A DNA stretch of 34,001 nt, taken from contig NMRA01001119.1 in assembly GCA_002633005.1 (NCBI GenBank), forward strand, positions 6,757-40,757, read 5' to 3'. The translations under genes were made by a program, and so were the position numbers. Positions 12,010 to 23,144 of this stretch are shown here, one piece after another (the first letter of the stretch is position 1; each line of letters starts with the position of its first letter). Below the pieces are notes generated by a model. It made no database searches. It was given only the letters and a program-made list of their open reading frames with translations, and was not told the origin of the DNA. The stretch comes from Phoronis australis. Its lineage: Eukaryota; Animalia; Phoronida.

Positions 12010-12038
12010 ACCATACCATACCATACCATACCATACCA
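12010..12038. repeat. (ACCAT)n microsatellite
   Basis: About 5.5 consecutive ACCAT units. Confidence 0.9.
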
Positions 12039-12369
12039 CTTGTTTTTCCAATGCAATAAACCTAATCTGGTGGAAATAATTACATGACCACTACTTACAA
12101 ACAAAGATTTACATTAGTTAATCAATTAACTTGACTATGCTTTTACAAATAGGCTTGACTTGCTGAGTGGCTGGGGTGTACCATGCTGTGGCCAGACCTC
12201 ACTTGCTGTCCATGCCGGTAAATCACCTTGCCTAGCCTAGTTTTACAGTAGCAAGGTCTGTAAATGTCATTCCTGTGTCATCACAAACCATACTCTTTAG
12301 GTACGACAACATACAAGTTGTCTACGATATTTAAACTTCAAAAGAGGCAAATGTAAGGCATGCATTTAC

Positions 12370-12472
12370 CTTTTCTGACCACACCAATACAATATCTATA
12401 GGGTTGGGCAGTTTTCTAGATGACAGGGAATAGCCATATTTGTAGCCCAGCGAGTGCATTGCTTTGTCTATG
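12370..12472 (-). CDS. LMBRD1: LMBRD1 exon 10
   Basis: ttttcag acceptor, AAG|gtaaat donor, 103 nt, phase 2/0. NIDKAMHSLGYKYGYSLSSRKLPNPIDIVLVWSEK vs LMBD1 NLDKALHS...LSNPLN. Confidence 0.94.
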
Positions 12473-12679
12473 CTGAAAAAGTAAACGTACAATGGAACAG
12501 CTTCATCTACAGTTACAGTCGGCAAACAAAGCAGAGTATAGATGGTTAATGTCGAGCCATGTCTACTGTCTATCCACTGTGTCAAAAACGCTTGATTTGT
12601 GATGGCTTTTTTTAGATCTTCCAACTTGTAACACTATCTAGATACAACAAGTAACACCTGAACAAGCTGAGACACAGGA

Positions 12680-12812
12680 TGTTTATTAATAAAGCACAAA
12701 AATACAGGTAGTTCCAGGTTATCGGTGCAATGAGCCCACATGTGGGGCCACATGCGCGGCCTAAGCACGTCTGATGCAACGTGTACAAGACCACCAGCAA
12801 TTATTTTTTTAA
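12680..12812 (+). mobile_element. Diverged 3' fragment of the SINE family seen at 20021-20258
   Basis: tattaataaagcacaaaaata...gtgcaatgagccc...catgcgcggcctaagcacgtctgatgcaacgtgtacaagaccaccagcaattatttt aligns by eye to the reverse complement of 20021-20132. Confidence 0.7.
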
Positions 12813-13439
12813 ACAAGCCAATAACCCACCAACTGGCTAACACAATTTCAGAAAAGGACACCACCAACCATACTTAATTTGCGGTCAATGTCCAACGATA
12901 AATAAAACACTTCTTGGGCTATTTTGGAACAATCTACTTGAAAGCAGTTCTGAAGACGAATGGAACATTACAGAGGAGTCAAGGTGGTCCCAAGCACACG
13001 ACTGTGAATGAACTCTATAATAATATTATCATAAATAAATTTTGACCTGGGTCTATTTTCACACATATTGACCAGCTGTTACTTTTATTATTGGACTGTT
13101 AACTGACAAATATCTACAACATGGTATTAGACTTGACCAACCGCTTGAGGTATGATGAAACAAGACCATGAACATTCTGGTATCAATAACTTTGGTCCGC
13201 TGCAGATGAACAACTAAACAGTAATATTCACAATTATAACTAAATGGATTCCAATAAAACTTTGTCAGACTCTGCCAAACATTGAATAAACGTCTTGCTA
13301 AAATAACATGGCAGTTTAGTCAAACTTTTGGAGCAATAAAACAACATTTTTGTAAAACTTTTAAGGGAATTTAATGAGACCATTAAATCAATGTCTTTAC
13401 ATGACTGTGCCAGTTCTGAATGCCTGAGAACATCTGACT

Positions 13440-13860
13440 CCTCTTGTAAACTGCTGATGGCAAGTCATTCGTCTGGTGTGACAACATACACGCAAATTAT
13501 CTATTAACTGCATCTTCTTACCCACAGCCTGCGACCACAGTCAAACTCAGTGCATTCATAATATGTTTGAACACAATAGATTGTCTTAACTTCTGTTGTG
13601 GCCAGGCCATTCTGATGATTCAAAAACTAAAATGCGATCGACAACACTTAACAAAGGATTCAGAATTTTTATTGATGTATCTTCAAACGGTTTATAATTT
13701 TTCTAATTATTTTCGACAGCACAGCCCAGTCAGACCAGATAATTAATATGTAGATTAGAGCAATTACCAAACATAAGACAATTGGCCTTCCAACCATAAA
13801 TACCACAAAGGAGTTAATAGAGTAAGATCCTGGCTACCCTGGTCAACTGAACCAACTTGC
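13440..13860 (+). repeat. Old dispersed repeat, copy 1
   Basis: Shares ordered blocks (agattgt...ttgt...gattca.aaact; acagcacag.ccag; gattagagcaatta; aaccataaata; ggagttaa; aagat..tggcta) with 27140-27440 and 33283-33750. Confidence 0.75.
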
Positions 13861-14099
13861 TGTCCGAGCGAACACGCTGAGGTCAATGGGCGAACATCCC
13901 AATGGTCATCATACCTAGCAGCTAAATGTTCAGGAGTAGTGCAGTAAATTGAAGTCATTTCAATAAAGTGCGTGGAGGGACATTGAGATTTTGTAGAGAT
14001 TTAACCAGAATTGAAACAAAGTCTAGATGGTTAGAGTGCTGAAACTTTGTCGAATATCAATACCGAACAGTTGATTTTTGTACAGTGTCAGGTACCTAC

Positions 14100-14317
14100 T
14101 TTGTCAAGAGCAGTGACAGAAATATGAGTAGAGCAACCAAGATGAACACAACGCCAAAGACAATCTGAAACGGTCTCAGCACTAGGAGACATTTGTTGAT
14201 CAGGCTTTTCTCTTCCGTCTCCAGGTGGCGCTCTTGTCTGTTGATCAGCAACTCGGATTCTTCCAGCTCAGCCACTTTCTGCCGGTCGCGCCTTGACATG
14301 GGCTTATTGCCTCGGTA
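14100..14317 (-). CDS. LMBRD1: LMBRD1 exon 9
   Basis: ttccag acceptor, AA|gtaggt donor, 218 nt, phase 0/2. YRGNKPMSRRD...RQERHLE...LRPFQIVFGVVFILVALLIFLSLLLT. Confidence 0.93.
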
Positions 14318-15221
14318 CTGGAATGAAGCCAGCGTCACATCACTGAGAGGCAGGGGACACCTTACCTTAGTTTTCAATTGTTTGCAGAAGCCCTAAGTGT
14401 AGTGGCTGACAGACATGTTGACGAAATCATCTCATCAAAAATCAACATCACGTAAAAGCAAAATTGGTTGTATTTCTGACATGTTGCTAGCAAACATTTT
14501 GATGAAGATCATCAATTTCAAAAAAAATTATATTTTTAGCTTGATTACCTTCATGAGAAAGAAAATTTTCAAAAGATGCTTTTCAAATTTGCTGAACACT
14601 ACGGTCTGTAGATTACTATGATTAACTGGATGGGTAGTTGATAATATGTGCCTTTAGTCAGCTATTCATCATGTCAGCACAATACAAATACAGGGCGATG
14701 ATCGTTATATTCTTCAAATTAGCATAGCGGAAGTATGTAACGTAATCAACATTAATGTTTTAAGTGATACCACAGCCAGTACTATATGGATTAGTAATGA
14801 TGACGTATCTGCCACCATTATGACGCAATTTCAACTCAAAAAACAGAAATGCACAGTCGCATCACATCACATTTTCAAAAACAATTCTATTTTTTTCCGA
14901 TTCAGGTAACCGCGGGGCAATTTAGTACTTGAAGTTTGTATTAATCAATGTACGCGGCTGGGGTTGAACCAATTGTATGCTGTGGGGAAGGATTAAGGTA
15001 GACATGCTGCATAGTCACGTAATAATTTTTGAAGTACATACTAATTACAGTGCAACTTGTATCTGGTCTAGTTATTAATATAAAATTGTTTTTAATTGTG
15101 GAAACTACATTTGTTTGACTGCATCCAAAACATCGAACTGGTGTACTAAACACGGGAATAAGATGGGAAAACTGACAAATTTCGGCCAGCCATTGCTTTA
15201 CAATTATGATTATGCTGCATA

Positions 15222-15300
15222 TGATATATGAGGGTCACTAATCAAACTGATATATGAGGGTCACTAATCAAACTGATATATGAGGGTCAATAATCAAACT
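15222..15300. repeat. 26-bp tandem repeat x3
   Basis: TGATATATGAGGGTCACTAATCAAAC x3. Confidence 0.95.
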
Positions 15301-15902
15301 TCCCTCAGTCATCCTTACTTGATGTCTTCAATATCCTAACATCAAATAAGTGGTTCTCACACTGGCAGCGTAAGGTTATGCAAGACCTGACTTTGAAGTC
15401 TGAGTATTTAGTTATATACCTACAAAATTATATGTTAAAGGTATTTTTTTTTCTGAAAATAAAATGCTGTAAAATCAATTTTTTACTTTATAGCAATCTG
15501 CCATTAACTTGATCACATGACCACGCATTTTTAGTAAAAAGGTAGGATCATGATATGTTAATACTTATAATGAGATCTCAAAAATGCTGAACGTTATAGT
15601 GTTCAAATTTGTCATTTTGTTTTTGCATCTTTTACTAATATTTTAATAGACCCTGATACTAAAGTCGGTGAAACATTATAAATCAAAGCAACAATTCTAC
15701 CAGCATTTTGGAGACAGGTTCCTAAAAATTAGTCTATGTGAAAATTTCATGTGAATCAAATCAGCAATTTCTCAAATTCAATGTTAGCCAGATTTGGACA
15801 TTATTCTAGGATCCTTCATAACCATAATTTTGTACATCACCACTGATTAACTTCATAGTAATATTTATCAGCCAAAGCCATTGTGGCTTTGTGTTTGATA
15901 AT

Positions 15903-16057
15903 TGACCAAATACTGATGATATCTTACCCATTCTGACCAAATACAGATGATATCTTACCCACTCTGACCAAATACAGATGATATCTTACCCACTCTGACC
16001 AAATACAGATGATATCTTACCCACTCTGACCAAATACAGATGATATCTTACCCACTC
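15903..16057. repeat. 31-bp tandem repeat x5
   Basis: TGACCAAATACAGATGATATCTTACCCACTC x5. Confidence 0.95.
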
Positions 16058-16212
16058 TCACGAAAATTATGTAGTTCAATTCAGGCATGGAATGAGGTTG
16101 TGATGCAGAGGTTCACAAATCTGAAATTCTCAATAACTATAAACTAAAAAATTTGCAAGAAATTGCTTTTACTCTTTTGTCTCAAGATACCACAAGGGGC
16201 ATTGCAGATTAC

Positions 16213-16338
16213 CTTATCTCTTATAGCTTCTATTTTGTCTCGCACATCCCTCTGTCTATTCCTGACCTCCAGCCGCTCACTTTTGGCACTGCGTGAACCT
16301 TTGATTAGGTTCATGGGTAACGCAGACATACCATACGC
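16213..16338 (-). CDS. LMBRD1: LMBRD1 exon 8
   Basis: ttacag acceptor, AAG|gtaatc donor, 126 nt, phase 0/0. AYGMSALPMNLIKGSRSAKSERLEVRNRQRDVRDKIEAIRDK carries the AYGMSALP signature. Confidence 0.95.
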
Positions 16339-17433
16339 CTGTAATAGATAATTAATCCAAAAAAATTCAACAACCACCCTATTAGTAATAATAAACTGAA
16401 AAAATCGTAAGAACTGATTTGTGCAGAGAGCTTGCTGACAATTCAAAGTCAAAAATTTATGTTTTGCAAGCCTGGGGTATGATGATACATGATTGCATTT
16501 AATGCCCAAAAGGCCAACAGCAATGTCCACAAACTCCCTCTCAAATTCTAACAAGTAAATCCCAACAACCATTGCAACTAGTTTGGCAATAGGAAAAACA
16601 CAAGACCTCTAAAATGCATTGTTGCAAGTTACGCCTTTTACGTCAGACTAATCAGGTGTTTACACTACACTATTGTCTGATAATCCCACAGACAAAACAG
16701 AATGCCCAGCATTGTAATCTAGAGAGCAAATGTGTACAACTTCTTCCATTTTTGAAAGGGAATTTCTAACCTATTCCAGTACCTTTTCATGTCTGACTGC
16801 AGATTACTAAAATTTGATGCAAAAATCAGGCAAAAATGTGATTTTGTTGCCAAATTTCCTCATGACAGTGAAGTTCGGGAAGAGATAGTCAATATTTTTC
16901 AAACAGAAATCGTAGATCACAGAGCAACAAAATATCTCGTGTATCATAAAACTCATGTGGCTAGAGGATCAGAATTTCTGGACATAATGACCAACACACA
17001 AAAACACAATTATTGCAATTTTACAAAAAAATGGGAAACTGTTCGGAACAGACCTGCCATTGAAACATTAAGTTGCAACACTTTACCAGTATGCACCAAA
17101 TGCTTGATGAGGATTACTTGTTTGCAACATTATTGACTTACTTGATAAGTAATTAACTGAAGGCCAGTAGGACACGATTTGATACTTAACTAACTGTTTA
17201 CGTTATAGCTTTGTTGGTATATCAACCATTTTGTTTGTTTATCGTGTAATTGCTACAATGGAATCATTTTATATTTTATACCAAGAATGGATAAGTGAAA
17301 CAGAGGAAGCTTTCTTCAGTGTTACTTCACTCTACATGTTTCCCCAGTGTTATAACAGTGGTTGCTGCTTGCACAAGGTACATGTAACTTATTTAGAACC
17401 AAAATATACTAAGACTAGAGTGAAAAAGTAACA

Positions 17434-17509
17434 GGTGAATACTGTAGCGGGTGAATACTGTAGCGGGTGAATACTGTAGCGGGTGAATATTGTAACGGGT
17501 GAATATTGT
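17434..17509. repeat. 16-bp tandem repeat x~4.7
   Basis: GGTGAATA(C/T)TGTA(G/A)CG units. Confidence 0.93.
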
Positions 17510-18135
17510 GCACAAAGTCATCTGATGTTCAACATGCAGATAACTTTTCACTGAATAATCCCTGTACCCGCTGTCCTGTGCGGGGTCATCAAGTTCACAG
17601 AATATTCCCTAGTGGTCCACTCCATAATTCAGCAAAATGACCAAGATTCAACTCTTTCACAGTTTCATGGAGAGGTATAAGTGCAGGGAATATTCTTTTG
17701 TCACAGTGTAGTCTGAGGTCAATGAAATGATCAGATGATTCAACTCTTACACTACATGGAGGAGTACAGGGAACACTCCATTAGAAGCTTGAATAACATA
17801 TTAAGAACAGCATTCAAAGACCAGTCTGCTTGTGATGAGGGAATATTTCATCACAAATCACAGCATTTTTCATAAAAATCATCAATTTTGTCCGATTTCT
17901 TCATCAAATTTCCACAATCTGCACACAGATGCAAAAACTTACTGGAATAGAAATTCCCTTTTTGAAAGAGAAACAGTTAATAAGCTTCAATGCCATTCTC
18001 TAGGAAAAGACATATGTTCATAACCATGTATTATCCAGATCAGAGATAGGTTGCATTGAAATTCAAAAGTTATCTGCCGAAAAGACGTGGGATAACGGGA
18101 CGTCATTGTTGCTATCAGAAGTAAAAAGTTCATGT

Positions 18136-18150
18136 TAGCGCCCCCTGGTG
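18136..18150 (-). promoter_or_regulatory. Candidate CTCF binding site
   Basis: Minus strand CACCAGGGGGCGCTA closely matches the CTCF core consensus; motif match only. Confidence 0.55.
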
Positions 18151-18251
18151 TTCCATGTTCTTGGTGACCTTACTGAATGTAGGATTACATTGTACAAGAA
18201 CTGGTAAGACAGTAACAAAGTAACACATAAAGAGTAGAACGATGCACATAC

Positions 18252-18325
18252 AGTGTAAGTAATGAGAGCGAGGAAGCCAATCAAAGTGAGAGCACTGATG
18301 ACAAATGATAAGGCATCTTCAGCAC
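18252..18325 (-). CDS. LMBRD1: LMBRD1 exon 7
   Basis: ttgcag acceptor, ACT|gtatgt donor, 74 nt, phase 1/0. RAEDALSFVISALTLIGFLALITYT vs LMBD1 ALSFSISSLTLIGMLAAITYT. Confidence 0.94.
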
Positions 18326-20020
18326 CTGCAAGTACAAAAACCGCTCGTCAGATAAGTGTGCAACCTACAGTCGTCTTCATCATATACTGAACAATGTGAA
18401 GTTTGACAATGTTTCAACACACAAAACAAATGCCTGTATTTGTATCTTCCTGACTGTAACATAATCATGCCGTATTTTGACAAAGACTCACACTTTGTTA
18501 AAATAGCCACTCCATTAACAAATAAACAATCACTTCTAGGAGCATTAAAGGTGTCTCAAACCTTATTCACAAAAATGGCCATTTTTACAATATATCACAT
18601 ATGTCTAGCAAAATACTTTTTCTTCATTCTTGGGAACTTCAAATGCGAAAGTTTACCGTGCAGTGAGAAAAAAGATAATTACAACCACCTTCACAGCGTG
18701 GAAATTTGTTTGCTGCTTATCTGAAGTCAAAGGTTACAGAACGGTCACTCAAATAGAATCGGCGACAGGCACAGAACAGTTACGAGTTGACATAATATTA
18801 AGTCAACAAGGTGCACATAGCAAGGGAAGATGTCATGGAAAGCAAAGATAAAACATAGTTTATATCTGGAGGGTGTTGTGTGCCTGCAAGCATGCCACAG
18901 TCGAGAACGAATACACCGAGTCTGAGTTGCTGAACTGGTTCTGTTACTCTGTGACTAACAGCAAATTACTAAAAAGATAAATCCTCACCGAAATTCATTA
19001 TTTTGATTGGAAATTTAAAATTTCGCTGTTTCAATCTTGTGCTCACGACGCACTTTAACCACCAACTTGATTTCTGTTGTCCATTTCATTCTAGTTTCTT
19101 GATATTATGTATACAGTAAACTGCTGGCATGCTTACTGCTGGCTCCGTCTTATGACATAGTTGATGTGAAACCCCACATACAGAGTTAAAACATTTTAGC
19201 GATAATTAAGTTAATTATACACTGTAAATTCAGTTGACATTGCGACTGAATGTTGAAATAGCAACATGGTTAAGAAAACAAGTTTTCACCGAGAGATCTT
19301 GAGACTTTCACTGCTCAATACTTAATCGGCTTGTTCTCAGCTTCAGGAAGTCTACTCAATTTGAGCTTAGGACTATTAAGTTCTTGAAAATGGCTCAGTG
19401 GATTTCTCTGAAACGTTCCACATTTAATATGTATTCTGTTATTTTATCAATCTAAAAAACGCAGTTACAAATTTTGATATAAAAGCCTTAGTTTTTGTGA
19501 AATGTAAGAATGATGAAGAGGACTATTTTTTTACAAAAATAAATACTTCACCTTTTGTGAGATGAGTAGTCATAGAAACCAAATTAAGACTCTAATCGAA
19601 AACACCTAACAGTAGTTTGAAGTTTTATTAAAAAAAGTTTTCATTAAAATTGACTGAGGCCTTATTTTGCTATGAATGTACCTTTCTTAAAAATGAAAGT
19701 TTGACTTAAAAAGGTGTTAATGTAATAAATATGAAATAATATCTTCGTCCAAAAAAATTTACTTATAATAATAATAAACAATTTGGCCCCCAAAAGTACA
19801 AATTAAAATATTGTTCCAACACCATGTTGAGACCAACTGAACTTTAATCAATGGAAACAGTGGATTCTCAAAAAAAGTGGCATACATGAATTTTTAAACG
19901 CTTGAAAACCTCTTAGATATGGGAAGACATAATACATGATTGTAAGGAATAGAAGACTCATGAAGACCATTAATGATGCACTGACACTACAGAGTCTACA
20001 CAGGGAATAAACATGTCCTC

Positions 20021-20258
20021 TTAAAAATAATTGCAGGCGGTCTGGTACGCGTTGTACCAGACGTGTGCAGGTCGCGCATGAGGGCCCATTGCACTAATCA
20101 CCTCGAACTATTTTTGTGCTTTGTTAATATATAGTTAAAACCAAGCTGAGGAACTAGAAACCTGACTCAAGGGTCTAGCAGTGTGACCCTCTGGGACTCG
20201 AACCCACGACCTCGAGTAAAGAAGGTGGGCACCTATCACACTAGGCCACGCTGCTGCC
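20021..20258 (-). mobile_element. tRNA-derived SINE (Pol III A and B boxes)
   Basis: Minus strand: A box TGGCCTAGTGTG (~20237-20248), B box GGTTCGAGTCC (20194-20204), then a non-tRNA body with a 3' hairpin (tctggtac/gtaccaga); the body recurs at 12680-12812. Confidence 0.75.
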
Positions 20259-20343
20259 CTCTTGCGAATAATTGTGTTTCTAATGAGACTATTTACCAGT
20301 AATAGTAATTTGGCCCTTAATGACAAAAAAGTAAAATACTTAC

Positions 20344-20432
20344 GGTTATCTGTCCACTCCTTGAACAAAAATTCAAACACCTGCCAGTCGGTCATGTTGC
20401 TGGACGGCTTGTCACGGAAGGGAGCCAGCGTA
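20344..20432 (-). CDS. LMBRD1: LMBRD1 exon 6
   Basis: ttatctag acceptor, AACC|gtaagt donor, 89 nt, phase 2/1. TLAPFRDKPSSNMTDWQVFEFLFKEWTDN, with an NMT sequon where LMBD1 has NSTEW. Confidence 0.9.
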
Positions 20433-21425
20433 CTAGATAAAAACAGTTGAGTTACGTTACACAGGAGAGTGTCAACTTGACATGGCAGAATGCACCAGAA
20501 TTAGTAAAGACAGATTATATAGACTTACGAACAACAGTACCTCAAACAACAATAGATTAGCCAAGAACTGTGTCCTGAAAACTACATGCTATAACTGAAA
20601 ACTAATTCAGAATTTGCTGTTGGAAGGATTCAAACATTATATTTGAAGCTAACTAACTATTAATGAAAAATGAGGTTTTCTTCTTCATGTACACAGAATG
20701 TGTTGTACAGAAAATTAAAATTAAAATCATCAGCCATTAGTAGGGAGCAGTTTTTTAGCTCCACCATCAAGGGGTTGGATTGATAACGAGATTTTAAGTT
20801 CAATTCCATATGGGGGCTGATCTCAGGAAAACAACTATCTATCCAATAATAGGATTAACTAGACAGATTTGGGAGTTGTCTTACTTCAGATCTTAAATCA
20901 ATTCTTCCACCAAACAATGTTATGAAGACATATACATCCCAAAACAACAATCAAAGTAGTAAAGATTCAGGACTATCTACATGCAGTCTCATTTACGCCA
21001 TAAACTATTTTTTAATTAGGTCACTTACTTTGAAATTGGCCTCATTATGTTCCGTACTCAGAAACAGATAATGTCATGATTTTTACGCTTGACAAGAATG
21101 GAAAAATCGCTGATGTTTGAGACCACTGGCAGGCAAATTACGTTGTCTGTCACAGAGGATAATTAAACTGCCAACACAGTTTAGCAATCCAAACTGTCAA
21201 GTAATTAATTGCGATCAATTTCATTACAAACCATGAAGGGAGCTTTTTGGAACTGCTTAAGAAGAGAACAACTGTGATGTTTTTCACACTACAACTGGAT
21301 TTGTAGTAGCGTTTGAATGAAAACAAGGAGGACAGAGGTCAAATAGTGCTAGGCAGTGTTTCCAAACACAATATCCTTAATATGTAAACCACAGATGATA
21401 TTCCTAATACAACCATCATACAATA

Positions 21426-22820
21426 CAGTACAGCCACTGAATTTTTAGACTTCGTCTGGGCTACCTCACGCCTGGCCAGACCGGAGCGCATCCGGAACGC
21501 AGGCGTGACAGAAATCAGTCGCGGTCGCCTCACGCCTACTCTCCGGGTAGTCCTCACGCTTACCTCCGGTTTAGTTCACGCTTTCCTCAGGCTTTCTTCA
21601 CGCCTTCGGTACCTGTGGTAAACATGGTAGGGCACCGGACTAATCAATAAAGATACATGTAACGTCTTGATTGCCTGTTGTTTCGTACAAGTTGCAGACA
21701 TTATAGTATATTACAGAGTATCTTTGCAAGCAGTCATCTATCACACTTGGGTTCCGACTAACTTTGTAATTCCACGTGTTGTTCATACAAACGTCTTCCT
21801 TCAGCTCATCTTGTGTTACGGTTACATATACATTTTCTATTTACGATTTAAGAGCCAGCCCCATCAACGACATACATGTACAGTAACCACAGTTAGTAAA
21901 TATGAATATATGCGACCCTGTGTCCAGTGTCGTCTTTACATGGCTGCGGACTCCTTGAAACTTGTCACAGCTGGATATAGTTAATTTGCCCTAAAAATAG
22001 CCTACGCATCTTGTGAAGTATTGTCACTCCGTAAATTTTTGCACCGCTCTGGCGTACAGAAAATTTCAATAGGCCGCCATTCTGACATACCCATCCCTTA
22101 CTGCAAGCAAATGTTTTGACTAAAAAGTCCTCAATCCGTAGTGCAGTTTAATTATTTGTAGCCCCCTCCCCGTAGTACATGCGTATCGACTGACTTCACA
22201 ATATCCCCGGGGTACTTCTTCACAAAAATAATAATAGCAGTGATCTGTTTGACTCGTCAAATGAATGGGCACGATCAGTTTTCTCCGCATGAAGCTGGAA
22301 CTTGGGATCAACGTGCTCAGAATTGACATGCTCTTCTCCTTCATATCGTGAAGGCAATTGAATATTTCCGCCATGTACACGCGTGTTAAGATTCGTTATT
22401 AGTTTATATAAAAAACAAATAATTATATACAAGTGAAAAGTAGAGTTCACAGGTCTGTTTCCTGAAGTGACTTAAGATTTGAGAAAGGAATTTTGGTCTT
22501 TTGCTGAACGTGACGATTTCAAAAAAAATAAACCCCACATGAGCAAAAGTTTATGAGAATACAATACTGCCAGTTACTGATATAATTTTAATAAATTACT
22601 TTTTCATCTGCGATGCAGGTAAACTCACGCCTGGCTCACGGCTAGCTCGCGCTTCGTTCACGCCTAACTCACGGTAAGCTCCGGATACAGTCACGCTTAG
22701 GCTCATGCCAGCTGTCACGGTTGATTCACGTCTCACTCTCCGGTCTGTCTCCGGTTACCGTCACGGGTGGCTCGACCGGAGAGACACCAGAGAGAGTCTA
22801 ATAATTCAGTGGCTGTACTG
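21426..22820. mobile_element. 1395-bp non-autonomous TIR DNA transposon with TA target duplication
   Basis: ta|CAGTACAGCCACTGAATTTTTAGACT ... AGTCTAATAATTCAGTGGCTGTACTG|ta: 26-bp TIR with 1 mismatch; dense subterminal TCACG/CTCCGG motifs at both ends. Confidence 0.9.
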
Positions 22821-23068
22821 TAAAATTAATGTAAAACGAAGGATATTATCCCTAATATAACATCATACAGTAAAATTATGTAAAAGCAAGTATAATATCC
22901 CAAATATAACCATCACACAGTAAATGTAAAACCAAGGATAATATCAGTATAACTATCATACAGTAAAATTCCAAGGATAACATCCCTAATATAATCATCA
23001 TCCAGTAAATGTAAAACCAAGGATAATATCCCTAAACATAACCATCATACAGTCAGTAAATGTAAAAC
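22821..23068. repeat. Degenerate ~45-bp tandem repeat next to the exon 5 donor
   Basis: Recurring aaccatcatacagtaaatgtaaaaccaaggataatatccctaatat units; the array continues on the far side of the TIR element at ~21372-21425. Confidence 0.8.
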
Positions 23069-23076
23069 ACACTTAC

Positions 23077-23144
23077 CCAACAAGGATTAAAATAATGAAA
23101 ACTACCAAGAATCCAACTGTGAACTTAATGGCCCCACAGGCTCT
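23077..23144 (-). CDS. LMBRD1: LMBRD1 exon 5
   Basis: tttcag|AGAGCC...GTTGG|gtaagt, 68 nt, phase 0/2. RACGAIKFTVGFLVVFIILILVG is a TM segment (LMBD1 ALKYTLGFVVICALLLLVG). Confidence 0.92.

Noticed and set aside
15903-16057. 31-bp repeats of CRISPR-like length
   Set aside because: Directly adjacent units with no spacers.
20185-20258. Functional tRNA gene
   Set aside because: A and B boxes are present, but I cannot build a convincing acceptor stem or D arm, and it continues into a repeated body, so a SINE fits better.
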